A DNA stretch of 31,885 bases, from the IMG/VR virus record IMGVR_UViG_3300017778_005731, positions 1-31,885 of that record. The stretch is one strand, 5' to 3'. A model generated the notes under the pieces. That model worked only from the letters and a program-made list of their open reading frames with translations, ran no database searches and had not been told where the DNA came from. Shown piece by piece: positions 24,001 through 31,885 of this stretch. The stretch is from a virus. Taxonomy: Duplodnaviria > Caudoviricetes. Each line of letters begins with the position of its first letter. Position 1 is the first letter of the stretch. Position numbers and translations under genes: made by a program.

Positions 24001-26165
24001 GCGTGTTTGGTCATATTGCTGCTTGGCATGTAGACCATATCGGTATGGCATTTGGTACTAAGCCTCCTCGCTCAAAGAGCAAGTACTCTTACTTCCACAC
24101 AGGCATTATTCGTACCGAAGAGGGAACAGACGTTCCAGTTGGTCAACTAACTCTTGCTGGTGGACACGCATCCCTTGAGGCCTCAGCCCGCGCTGCCGCG
24201 AAGCATTACGACGACACTGGCTCAGCGTTTGCTGATGTTCATGCCGGCGAAGATGCTCACGGTATCTGGGTAGCCGGTGCGCTTCGCCCAGCAATCTCAC
24301 CAGAGCAAGTACGCGCTATTCGCGCTTCTGCTCCATCAGGTGACTGGCGACCAATTCAAGGCTCACTTGAACTTGTTGCTGTATGCCAAGTAAATGTTCC
24401 AGGATTCCCAATCGCTCGTGCCCGTGTTGCATCAGGTTCTGTTATGGCTCTTGTTGCTGCTGGCGCTCGCGTTTTGGCTCAGATGAAGTCTGATCCTGTG
24501 GCAGAACTTGCTGCTCGTATTGAGCGCCTTGAACAAGAAAAAATGGAACCATTTATTGCTGCTGCAGAAGATGCTCGCGCTCGCTTTGCTGCATTAAAGA
24601 GCGAGTTTATTGTTTCTGAAGAACCAATGACTGCAGGTGGCGGATGCGGATGTTGCCCTGCTTGCTCATCAATGTGTCAAGGTGAATGTTGCTCTAAGTG
24701 CACCTATCCGATGGGTCATAGCGACGCTGGGAACTCAGTAGAGCCATTAATGATTGGCGTTCTTGAGCGTTTATTGTCTGACGTTGTTTCTTTCTACTTC
24801 CGTGCTCACGGATATCACTGGAATGTTAAGGGTCAAGACTTCTCTCAGTACCACAAACTATTCAAAAAAATATATGAAGATGCATACGAGTCAATTGATC
24901 CTATGGCAGAGAACATCTTAAAACTTGGATACAAGGCTCCTTTCAACTTAGGCGAGTTTGTGTCTATGCGTTCAATCCAAGATTCCGAAGGAGTTACTAT
25001 GACTCCTCAGGCTTTGACTGCTGATTTAGCCCGCGCCAATGATGTTTTAATTGACGAACTAAAAGCTACATTTGATGTAGTAGAGGCCGCTAATGAGCAA
25101 GGAATCGCAAACTTTATTGCAGAGCGTATTGACTCACACATGAAGTGGTCTTGGCAATTAAAATCCTCTCTAGTACCTGAGGGCATGGAAATGGCTGAAA
25201 ATGAGTCTCAAGAAGACTTTTTTGTGACAGTTTTTTCAACACTAGAAGAGCAAGGTTTAATCGCTGCTGGCGGTCCTTCTGAAGATGTTCGTATGAAACT
25301 TGCTGAAACTGGTGAAGCCCTTAAAGACGGTTCATACCCAATCAGAAATGTTTCCGAACTGAAGAAAGCAATTAAAGCATACGGTCGTTCCAAGCCAGGA
25401 GATCGCGCAAAGGTTCGTAAGCACATCTCTAAGCGTGCTCGCGCATTGAAGCACCCAGAATTGATCCCAGATGAGTGGAAGAGTCTTTCCGTTAGTGGTA
25501 TGGAACTCTCTATTGCAGTTGCTGATCTTCGTAGTCGTTTAAACACAAGAACTATTACTGCAGCAGGCCAAGAAATGGAATCGGATGCAACCGAAGAGGC
25601 TTCCGGTGGTGTTGACCCAAAAGTGCCAGCCTCTAAAGAGGCTTCTCGGTCTGAAGGTATCTATACTGCCAAAACTCAACCTAGAGACGCTCAGGGCAAG
25701 TTTCGTACAGTACTAGCACGCCTTAAACAAGATTTAGGTGTTGCATCACTAGACAGCGTTGCTGAAAAAGTAGAAGAAGCAGAGAATCTAGACAATGTTG
25801 GAGACTACTCTGAGTCCGCAAGGGCTGCTAGTGATGTTATTGGCATTGTTGATCGCTTAGAAACTGGCGCTTTAGATGCAAAACTAGTGGAAAACGTACG
25901 AGCTGGTACAAAAGCGTTGGGCGAAGCAATTGCAAACCTACCACTTCCTTTCCAAGATCAATCACAAAAGATTCGTTTTAGCGATGTTCCACCTGCTCTA
26001 GCCAAGTTAATTGAAGACATGCTTGAGAAGGTAGAAAATAAGATTGGCGTAGAGGACTCTGCGGAAGCCACCACAAAATTAAAGGCATTTATGAGTGGAT
26101 CAGACGTATTTAGCCAAAGCGAAATATCTAGCGAAATGAATAGGCTTCTTAGGCTTCTAACCTAG
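21036..26165 (+). CDS. capsid maturation (prohead) protease fusion protein with an embedded Dps/ferritin domain
   Basis: SGDGRKF...LPLPLMWQ...GHDGSVVVGRI...GISAD...GVTLVPKPAF (HK97-type protease His/Ser pattern); GRVFGHIAAW...SGDWR...VNVPGFP domain; HGYHWNVKG...YHKLF...IDPMAEN (Dps); directly upstream of the capsid gene. Confidence 0.88.
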   Translation: MKFIGRIENNVLFASNSVGVVVDEKTNMVVDTGSVQAFISSNNWNLNLEEPNDVSLELATASVSDLNIHVLSSTRMYTIPKAAQTEAKRALEWRKEHKRGGTPVGVNSARTLAAGGQIGIEKVRHIAKYFPRHEVDKKGKGYKPGEDGFPSNGRIAWALWGGDAARRWASAIVERENAHEKEAATFEEIKAVDFSYFNSINEPEFTIRVQDNGVGVDRLYMTSDDGATSVWDDGVWSNLGIFTSSFSDIDSELDTEPDGIIRYYFPVDSETAVVASALFDSTPFLISSIDNFNVDEAELVAFAIGEVDWSYIDFLTFAEGDGNYTPEERSENVKDQYRDATGQFAKKGSTVIIGKNPAASGTVVGINPQDSTVRVKLANGNEVNVPGDTTSPASASTASYKSQVTNVERFDVSGILGEPRDSSNPAIAGRIPNRLPPLTGASIQQMIGDWSSWVADQRTSFESTKTQIPQIKVSTQEDDILAPNAYNDPYLRNWLDQKTGKGKKSTYPNRGWYNPMRTDDVESKKDAKKLGGITAAGEAKKLTPKTSDVPVIYMAIVAQDDPQAVMDLVSLVPTTDQSTQPVAFSRKDGKWVENSQIISDLNSPTPPPVVVLDDETLLEVLSQIDPKKDAPVTASIYKTLSLLWDTNGDLIGVTAAGGADRNKGNAEKLRRYWTVGKGGAKIRWNTGGDWTRCVRQLSKYMGPRAKGYCALRHKEMTGMWTGDKEHRQMYGSKKAFTTYSDDFIRSSEEVISFAELSAQAAEARSRIVASGEPMEYGAEFYMPLVLPEDTESGDGRKFAKGAISMRELPLPLMWQIKTAQGHDGSVVVGRIDKMERLEAGGVGNAYGVFDSGDYGKEAERLVRGGFIRGISADLDKFEADEEEAASDEDKKIGTGKIKITKGRIMGVTLVPKPAFQECKIVLLEDMKNPQEEQVIPDGEYVEDPAEQDTAALVACAAVVASIPVTPPSSWFEKPELNGPTPLTVTDDGRVFGHIAAWHVDHIGMAFGTKPPRSKSKYSYFHTGIIRTEEGTDVPVGQLTLAGGHASLEASARAAAKHYDDTGSAFADVHAGEDAHGIWVAGALRPAISPEQVRAIRASAPSGDWRPIQGSLELVAVCQVNVPGFPIARARVASGSVMALVAAGARVLAQMKSDPVAELAARIERLEQEKMEPFIAAAEDARARFAALKSEFIVSEEPMTAGGGCGCCPACSSMCQGECCSKCTYPMGHSDAGNSVEPLMIGVLERLLSDVVSFYFRAHGYHWNVKGQDFSQYHKLFKKIYEDAYESIDPMAENILKLGYKAPFNLGEFVSMRSIQDSEGVTMTPQALTADLARANDVLIDELKATFDVVEAANEQGIANFIAERIDSHMKWSWQLKSSLVPEGMEMAENESQEDFFVTVFSTLEEQGLIAAGGPSEDVRMKLAETGEALKDGSYPIRNVSELKKAIKAYGRSKPGDRAKVRKHISKRARALKHPELIPDEWKSLSVSGMELSIAVADLRSRLNTRTITAAGQEMESDATEEASGGVDPKVPASKEASRSEGIYTAKTQPRDAQGKFRTVLARLKQDLGVASLDSVAEKVEEAENLDNVGDYSESARAASDVIGIVDRLETGALDAKLVENVRAGTKALGEAIANLPLPFQDQSQKIRFSDVPPALAKLIEDMLEKVENKIGVEDSAEATTKLKAFMSGSDVFSQSEISSEMNRLLRLLT

Positions 26166-26316
26166 AAATAGGGTGTTTGAGAATACTGTAATATTTGTCT
26201 TGGGTATAGTGCCTCCCCGCTCATTGATGTGTGGAGTCCCTCAACCCCGACTATATAAGCCAGGGAAACCGTATACATAGATGGTTTCCCCCGACTGCCC
26301 CGAAGGAGGGACAGTA

Positions 26317-28344
26317 GTGGACCAAATCAGAAACATGATAGATCAACTCTCTGAACTATCTGACGAACAAATCGTTGAACTTCAGAGCGAAATCATCGGT
26401 GAATTTGAAATGGTAGAAGGCGAAGAACCAACTCCACAGACAGTTGAGGCAATGACCTCACTCGCTGACATGCTTGATTCAGTTCGTTCTGAAGTTAAGA
26501 ACCGTGAAGTACAGGCCAAGGAACTTGCTCAGCAAGCAACTGAAGCCGTATCTCGCGTACATGGCGATGAAGCTAATGTCGAAGAAAACATCGACGAAGC
26601 TGCTGTGAGTGAAGCTGCGACCGAACAACCAGAGGAAAACAGCATGCATGAAGATAAAGATATGCCTGTTACTCCCGAGGAGCCAGTTGCTCCTGCAGAG
26701 GAGCCAACAGCGCTAGACGCAGAGGCTGCACCAGCAGAAGCTGCTGAAAAGGTCGGGGACGAAACTCCAGAAGAGGACAAGAAGGATGATGAAGAGGAAG
26801 AACCAGTAATGGCTTCAGCCGAAGATTCAGCCGTCGAAGAAACCGCTTCCGTGGAAGAAGTTATCGAACTTTCTACCGAAGACCCAGAAGTTATTGAAGA
26901 AGCAGCTGCTGAAGAAGCACCTGCAGAAGCAGAACTTGCCGTAGAAGAAACAGTTGAACTTTCAACCGAAGAATCAATTGAAAACCCAGATGTGCCAGTG
27001 GCACAGGAAGAAATCGTGGAGGCCCCCTTGACTGCCGACGCTTTTGATGCTCAGGATGTAACCCCTGAGGTCCCAGCAGACCGCCGTCCATCTTCAATGA
27101 CCAGCGCAATCCCAGTAGCAATTACTGCAGGTGCTGACATTCCAGGTGTGACAGCCGGTACAGAACTATCCAACATGTCTGATGTTGCAGACGCTTTCTC
27201 AAAGCGCTTACATGGCTTACGCCGTGTAAACGGTGGAGATGGCGAACAGCACATCGTTGCTTCATTTAGCACACAGTATCCAGAAGCTTACCAGCTTGGA
27301 ACTGATGCCGAAGCAAATATGGCAAAAATCAATGAAGTAGTAGCACCAGCAGCATTAACCGCTTCTGGTTCTTACCAATCACCATTCGCAACTCGTTACG
27401 ACATCTTTGGAGTTGGTTCAAACGTTCGCCCAGTGCGCGATTGTTTCCCATCATTCCAGGCTGACCGTGGCGGTATCCGTTTCATCACACCACCTGCTTT
27501 GTCCGCATACGGCTCAGCAGTAGGCGTATGGACAACTGCTCTTGATACAGCATATGTAACCAACTCTGCCACATCTAGTGCAACTAAGGATAGCTTAGTT
27601 GTTACAGCTGCAGCAGAAACAACCGCAGTTGCAGATGCAGTAACACTGCAGATGCAGTTCGGTAACCTTGCAACTCGTGCATACCCTGAATTGATCGCTC
27701 GTCACAACGAGCTTGGTCTTATTCAGCACGCACGCGAAGCAGAGCAGAACATCCTAGCCAAGCTAACAGCAGCTTCAACTGCCGTTACAAGCACTTCGGT
27801 ACTTGGTCTTGGTTCAGATTTCTTGCTTCAGGTTGGTCGCGCAGCTTCTCTATATCGTGCTCGTCACCGTATGGAAGATGGCGCTGTACTTCGCGTTGTC
27901 GCTCCATCGTGGGTTAAGTCCGCTATTCAGGCTGACTTTGCTCTACAGATGCCAGGCGATGGTCGCACAGCTGTAACAGATGGCGATATCGAAGGATTCC
28001 TTCGCGCTCGCAACGTAAACATCTGCTTCCATATTGATGATTCAGGTGCAACAGGTACACAAAGCGCTGCCGCTTTGGCCGAGTTCCCTGATACGTTCGT
28101 ATGGTACTTGTTTGCTGAAGGTTCATTCTTGTTCCTTGATGGCGGCACGCTTGATCTCGGTGTTATCCGTGACTCAACCCTTGTTGGCACCAACGACTAC
28201 AAGATGTTCGTTGAAACCTTTGAGGGTCTAGCCTTTGTTGGCGTAGAGTCTCTAAAGGTAACATCGACAATTTCGATTAACGGCGCACGCGCTGCTCTTC
28301 GCGATACCTTGGGCGCTACAACAGCAACCACAATTGAGTTCTAG
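26317..28344 (+). CDS. major capsid protein with a long acidic N-terminal scaffold region
   Basis: Strong RBS AAGGAGG before GTG 26317 (track start 26281); ITAGADIPG, RPVRDCFPSFQADRGGIRF, FLFLDGGTLDLGVIRDSTLVGTNDYKMFVETFEG. Confidence 0.9.
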   Translation: MDQIRNMIDQLSELSDEQIVELQSEIIGEFEMVEGEEPTPQTVEAMTSLADMLDSVRSEVKNREVQAKELAQQATEAVSRVHGDEANVEENIDEAAVSEAATEQPEENSMHEDKDMPVTPEEPVAPAEEPTALDAEAAPAEAAEKVGDETPEEDKKDDEEEEPVMASAEDSAVEETASVEEVIELSTEDPEVIEEAAAEEAPAEAELAVEETVELSTEESIENPDVPVAQEEIVEAPLTADAFDAQDVTPEVPADRRPSSMTSAIPVAITAGADIPGVTAGTELSNMSDVADAFSKRLHGLRRVNGGDGEQHIVASFSTQYPEAYQLGTDAEANMAKINEVVAPAALTASGSYQSPFATRYDIFGVGSNVRPVRDCFPSFQADRGGIRFITPPALSAYGSAVGVWTTALDTAYVTNSATSSATKDSLVVTAAAETTAVADAVTLQMQFGNLATRAYPELIARHNELGLIQHAREAEQNILAKLTAASTAVTSTSVLGLGSDFLLQVGRAASLYRARHRMEDGAVLRVVAPSWVKSAIQADFALQMPGDGRTAVTDGDIEGFLRARNVNICFHIDDSGATGTQSAAALAEFPDTFVWYLFAEGSFLFLDGGTLDLGVIRDSTLVGTNDYKMFVETFEGLAFVGVESLKVTSTISINGARAALRDTLGATTATTIEF

Positions 28345-28409
28345 TCTTAACTAGTCTCAAAAAATAAACGCAACGGCGACACTCAGGATATAAGGAGCAC
28401 GTAGGAAAA

Positions 28410-29558
28410 ATGGCAAAAGATCTATCAATCACGCCAGCTCACCCCTTAACTCCGTACCCTTTTGGGGTCCTGAGTGTCGCCAGCGTTTCTCAATACTCAG
28501 AGTCAGAGGATCACTGGGCTCGCTATGCGGCCCACGAGTTTGACTCAGACGCATTTGCTTTGCGCCTACTGACCATTAATGACGACGATGTCACTAATGG
28601 TGAGTTGTACGACGGAACAACTAAACAACGTTTTACTAATTATGTTCCTTTTGGGATTGAAGTTGAAGACTTCTCCTCTACTTTTAGCCTTCCTGCACAA
28701 GACCGTTTTAAGCGTGTTGAAAAGATTATGGAAGCATCAACCCAGAAAGCCATAGAAAGTGAACTATGGCTTGGTTCTGCTGCTCAGCACTTTACTGGCT
28801 ACACCTCAAGTGTTGTATCTAGCGCAACTGTGGCATCAAACTTTGCTACCGTAACAACAGCAACTGCTCACGGGTTTAAAGTTGGCGACATTGTTACTGT
28901 ATACAACTTAACTTCTGCAAGTGGTTACGATAACTACGTGATTACTGTTGCAACCGCAACAACATTTACTTTTGCTTACACTGCTTCAAACGGTGCCGTA
29001 ACACTTGGCACAAGTCCTATTGCTACTCTAAGCAACAACTATCTTGTAAAAGAAAAAGCATCTACAGATGTAACAGTCACTGCTGGTGGAGATTCTCCTC
29101 GTGTAGCACTGGCTCGTCTAGAAGGCGCACTTGCAGGTGGTCCTGCAGGTTTACGCGGTGTTATTCACATGTCACGCCGTATGGCTGGTATTTGCTATGA
29201 CTTCCTAGAGCGCATGGATTTTAATGCTCGTCTTGATATGGATGATATAAATAAAAAGGGTCAGATTCTCATAACCGCACTAGGAACACCAGTAATTGTG
29301 GGTTCTGGATACACAGGAGTTGGTCCAATTGGACACGCTAACCGTGCAGTAAGCAATACAACCGAGTGGATGTTTGCTACTGGTTATGTAGATGTACACC
29401 TTGGCGAAACCAAGGTAGTGAATGAAAATTTGGCTCAAGGCATTACTGCTTCGTCCAATACAAATGACATGCGCATAAAAGCCGTTCGCGCAGCGGCTGT
29501 CCACTTTGAACCGGACTGCCATTACGCAGCACGGGTCGACTTTTCAGCATCCGTTTAG
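28410..29558 (+). CDS. capsid-associated structural protein (minor capsid/decoration-like) with an inserted beta-rich domain
   Basis: Lies after the MCP; GVIHM, TALGTPVIVGSGY, WMFATGYV, NTND motifs; TAHGFKVGD insert. Confidence 0.65.
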   Translation: MAKDLSITPAHPLTPYPFGVLSVASVSQYSESEDHWARYAAHEFDSDAFALRLLTINDDDVTNGELYDGTTKQRFTNYVPFGIEVEDFSSTFSLPAQDRFKRVEKIMEASTQKAIESELWLGSAAQHFTGYTSSVVSSATVASNFATVTTATAHGFKVGDIVTVYNLTSASGYDNYVITVATATTFTFAYTASNGAVTLGTSPIATLSNNYLVKEKASTDVTVTAGGDSPRVALARLEGALAGGPAGLRGVIHMSRRMAGICYDFLERMDFNARLDMDDINKKGQILITALGTPVIVGSGYTGVGPIGHANRAVSNTTEWMFATGYVDVHLGETKVVNENLAQGITASSNTNDMRIKAVRAAAVHFEPDCHYAARVDFSASV

Positions 29559-29584
29559 TTAACAAAAATAGGAGATAGCCAAAC

Positions 29585-30628
29585 ATGGCAACTCAAGATT
29601 ACGCAGCTAGCGTTCAAGGTGCGGCTATTCGCGTCACTCGTTTAAGTTCAAGTGGCGCTTTATTGACCGGAGACTTGGACAGCTACACAACGTCCGCATT
29701 TATCCGCATGTCCTTCACCCCAGAGTACGAAGATGGTGAAGAAATTACAGAGAAGGCCGCTAACGGAACCGTATGTGTGTCCTACAAGGCTCCAGACGTT
29801 CTAAAGCGCGTCACAATGGAACTTGCTATCTGTGAACCAGATCCAGAATTAACAGCCCTACTTGCTGGTGGTGTGCTTCTAAGCCGTGACCAGTCGACAT
29901 CAACGTCAGTGGCTATTGCATCTGGTACTACTATTGCTAGTAGTGCCACCACTATCACTACATCCGCTGTTCACGGTCTGGCTGTTGGTGACAACATCAC
30001 CCTTACAGGTCTTACTCCAGGAACCTCTGGAACACTTAACGGTGTGGCTAGAGTTGTGACAGTACCAACAACAACAACATTTACTATCTCAACGACAGCT
30101 GTTGGTACAGTAACAGCCTCTAGCGCAACTGTAACAAAGCGTGACGATACTAGTGTTGGTTATGCAGCACCAGCAATCGGTGACGATCCTGCAGGTAACG
30201 GCGTTGCTATTGAATGTTGGTCACACGCAGTTGCATCTGGAAAGCGCACATCAACAAATCCATACTTCCACTGGATCTTCCCTTACGCTCGCCTACGTCA
30301 ATCAGGTGATCGCGTAATTGAAAATGGTTTGCTTGCAAACACATTTGAAGGTTACGGAATCGGTAATAGTACATTCGGTGTTGGACCAGACGGTCGTTGG
30401 GAATTCCCAGACGTTACTGATCGTCCATACGCATATGCTCGTAACACGTACTCACCATCAACTAGTCAACTTAAGGGCTTCTACATTTGGAACACCACTA
30501 CTGGCGATGCAACTGCGGTCGCTAACTTGCCTGTTGCTGATATTGACACCACCTACAACATTCCTGGTGGCGAAGTATACGCTAGTGGAAGCGTTACAGA
30601 CATCATTGTTAATTCGGACGCTGACTAA
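29585..30628 (+). CDS. major tail (tube) protein with an inserted beta-rich domain
   Basis: IRVTRL, PEYEDGEEITEKAANGTVC, ICEPDPEL, AIECWS, YFHWIFP, IENG, FGVGP as in actinophage tail tube proteins. Confidence 0.82.
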   Translation: MATQDYAASVQGAAIRVTRLSSSGALLTGDLDSYTTSAFIRMSFTPEYEDGEEITEKAANGTVCVSYKAPDVLKRVTMELAICEPDPELTALLAGGVLLSRDQSTSTSVAIASGTTIASSATTITTSAVHGLAVGDNITLTGLTPGTSGTLNGVARVVTVPTTTTFTISTTAVGTVTASSATVTKRDDTSVGYAAPAIGDDPAGNGVAIECWSHAVASGKRTSTNPYFHWIFPYARLRQSGDRVIENGLLANTFEGYGIGNSTFGVGPDGRWEFPDVTDRPYAYARNTYSPSTSQLKGFYIWNTTTGDATAVANLPVADIDTTYNIPGGEVYASGSVTDIIVNSDAD

Positions 30629-30660
30629 AATATAAGCTGGTAATTAACTAAAACATTGGA

Positions 30661-30708
30661 GGCGGGCGTGGTAATCGGTAACTCGGTTTCTACGCCCGCC
30701 ACTTATTT
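30661..30708 (+). terminator. stem-loop, probable terminator after the tail tube gene
   Basis: GGCGGGCGTGG/CTACGCCCGCC stem with a weak T-tract. Confidence 0.6.
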
Positions 30709-30726
30709 CACGAGGACTTTATAGCT

Positions 30727-31885
30727 ATGACAAATCTTTGGGTGACCCCTACCGATTTGAGTACGACATACTCCGATTCAGAGTACGCCGATGATGCTTG
30801 TCAAATGGCTTCCAACATCCTTTGGGCTATGTCTGGTCGTAAATACTCTGGAATTACTACTGTAACTGAGCGTTACATTACTGCTATTGATTCTTTTCGA
30901 TACCAAGGATCCTCTGCAAAAAACTTTTCCCCTCAATTATCCGGTGGTCAGGTATATAACGTACCTAGCGAAGACTGGAATGATTCGGCTTATCAGTCAG
31001 ATGGAACATCTTCCATTTCCCGTATCCGCCTCCGCGGTAAGCCAGTGCAAGAAATTCACCTTGTTCGCTCAATGTATAACGGTCTTATTGTTAATCCAGA
31101 CAACTACTACGTTGCCGAACACAGCACTTTAATTGCTTACTTAGGCACTCCATGGCCGCCGGGAAATCTTGAAGTAACCTATACCCATGGTATGCGTCCC
31201 CCAACGGCAGGTAGACAAGCAGCTCGTTTGTTTGCAATTGAATTAGTCAAGCTCTGGGAAGGCGATGACTGCGCTCTCCCAGATCGCGTAACTTCTGTAT
31301 CTCGTCAAGGTGTTTCATACACAATTCTTGACAATCAAGACTTCCTTGAAAATATGCGTACTGGCATCTATGCCATTGATTTATTTATTAAAACGGCAAA
31401 CCCAGCAAAGGCTCTTGCTCCGTCTAAAGTATTTAGTCCAGATATGCCTCGCGCTCGCCGTGCTGCACCTGTTCGTCCGCTAGTTCTTTCTGCATCTGCT
31501 ACTTATGATGCTTCCTTAACAGAAAGTAATGAATGGAACGCTACGCAGACTCACACTATTAGTGGGGCTTTAGCAGGTTTATCAGCATACAACAACGCAA
31601 ACTACACCCTACGCTTAGATGCTTCTAGTTGGTACGGGTACACCGTTAAGTCCTACCCTGCCGATGCCGCAGAATTTAGAACTGTCGGTGCTACAACTTT
31701 CCTAGATCTAGATTTTACTTACAACACAACTTATGAAGCAGTTGGACCAAACGATCCTGGAACATGGACTTTATATGCTGTCGACACTAGCGGAGCTACG
31801 ACTCAACTTTTACAGGCAAATCTTCAAATCAAGAAAGTTATTACCAGTCAAATCAACCCAACTTCAACTGGAAGCGGTCCTACAA
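30727..31885 (+). CDS. head-to-tail adaptor (truncated by the window end)
   Basis: Not in the track because it has no stop; hand translation MTNLWVTP...ASNILWAMSGRKY...VTYTHG...CALPDRVTSVSRQGVSY...TGIYAIDLFIKTANP...SPD, still open at 31885. Confidence 0.8.
   Translation, partial: MTNLWVTPTDLSTTYSDSEYADDACQMASNILWAMSGRKYSGITTVTERYITAIDSFRYQGSSAKNFSPQLSGGQVYNVPSEDWNDSAYQSDGTSSISRIRLRGKPVQEIHLVRSMYNGLIVNPDNYYVAEHSTLIAYLGTPWPPGNLEVTYTHGMRPPTAGRQAARLFAIELVKLWEGDDCALPDRVTSVSRQGVSYTILDNQDFLENMRTGIYAIDLFIKTANPAKALAPSKVFSPDMPRARRAAPVRPLVLSASATYDASLTESNEWNATQTHTISGALAGLSAYNNANYTLRLDASSWYGYTVKSYPADAAEFRTVGATTFLDLDFTYNTTYEAVGPNDPGTWTLYAVDTSGATTQLLQANLQIKKVITSQINPTSTGSGPT

Noticed and set aside
26281-26316. 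ATG 26281 as capsid start
   Set aside because: It lies in a hairpin with no RBS; AAGGAGG precedes GTG 26317
24745-28344. Encapsulin nanocompartment with ferritin cargo
   Set aside because: Portal, prohead protease, tail tube and adaptor genes show this is a tailed phage head module
811-31132. Numerous short antisense or off-frame ORFs in the track (e.g. 811..1119, 5478..5846, 7779..8171, 16458..17065, 26529..27272, 30887..31132)
   Set aside because: Shadows of well-supported genes, with no RBS or motifs; only 3199..3678 was retained
1-31885. tRNA, rRNA, CRISPR array, integrase, transposase, intein
   Set aside because: No cloverleaf, repeat-spacer array or matching motifs seen by eye; absence not confirmed computationally

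Overview
Fragment of a tailed dsDNA phage genome. The host is probably an actinobacterium (inferred from an actinophage-style head/neck module and apparently leaderless genes). Bases ~1-6.9 kb are an accessory/early region of small promoter-gene-terminator cassettes with consensus TTGACA/TTGACT promoters. It holds Zn-ribbon microproteins, a double-HTH regulator, a proteasome-beta/HslV-like peptidase, a C5 cytosine methyltransferase in pieces, a CX5R phosphatase, small membrane proteins, and a candidate three-hairpin sRNA whose loops are complementary to the phage's own AAGGGAGAA ribosome-binding sites. After a ~430 bp divergent non-coding gap comes the morphogenesis operon: portal, a 344-aa protein, a 2827-aa multidomain protein (WYL-like domain, helical repeats, C-terminal HipA/PI3-4-kinase-like domain), two small acidic ORFs, a 1709-aa prohead-protease fusion, scaffold-fused major capsid protein, a capsid-associated protein, major tail protein and a truncated head-tail adaptor. 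The most striking feature is that the head proteins look like polyproteins whose domains are separated by a recurring [LIVM]-[TVI]-A-[ASG]-[GA] motif. The flanked cargo includes a complete Dps/ferritin domain, a metallothionein-like Cys cluster and HiPIP-like Cys domains. All assignments come from reading motifs by eye; no searches were run.
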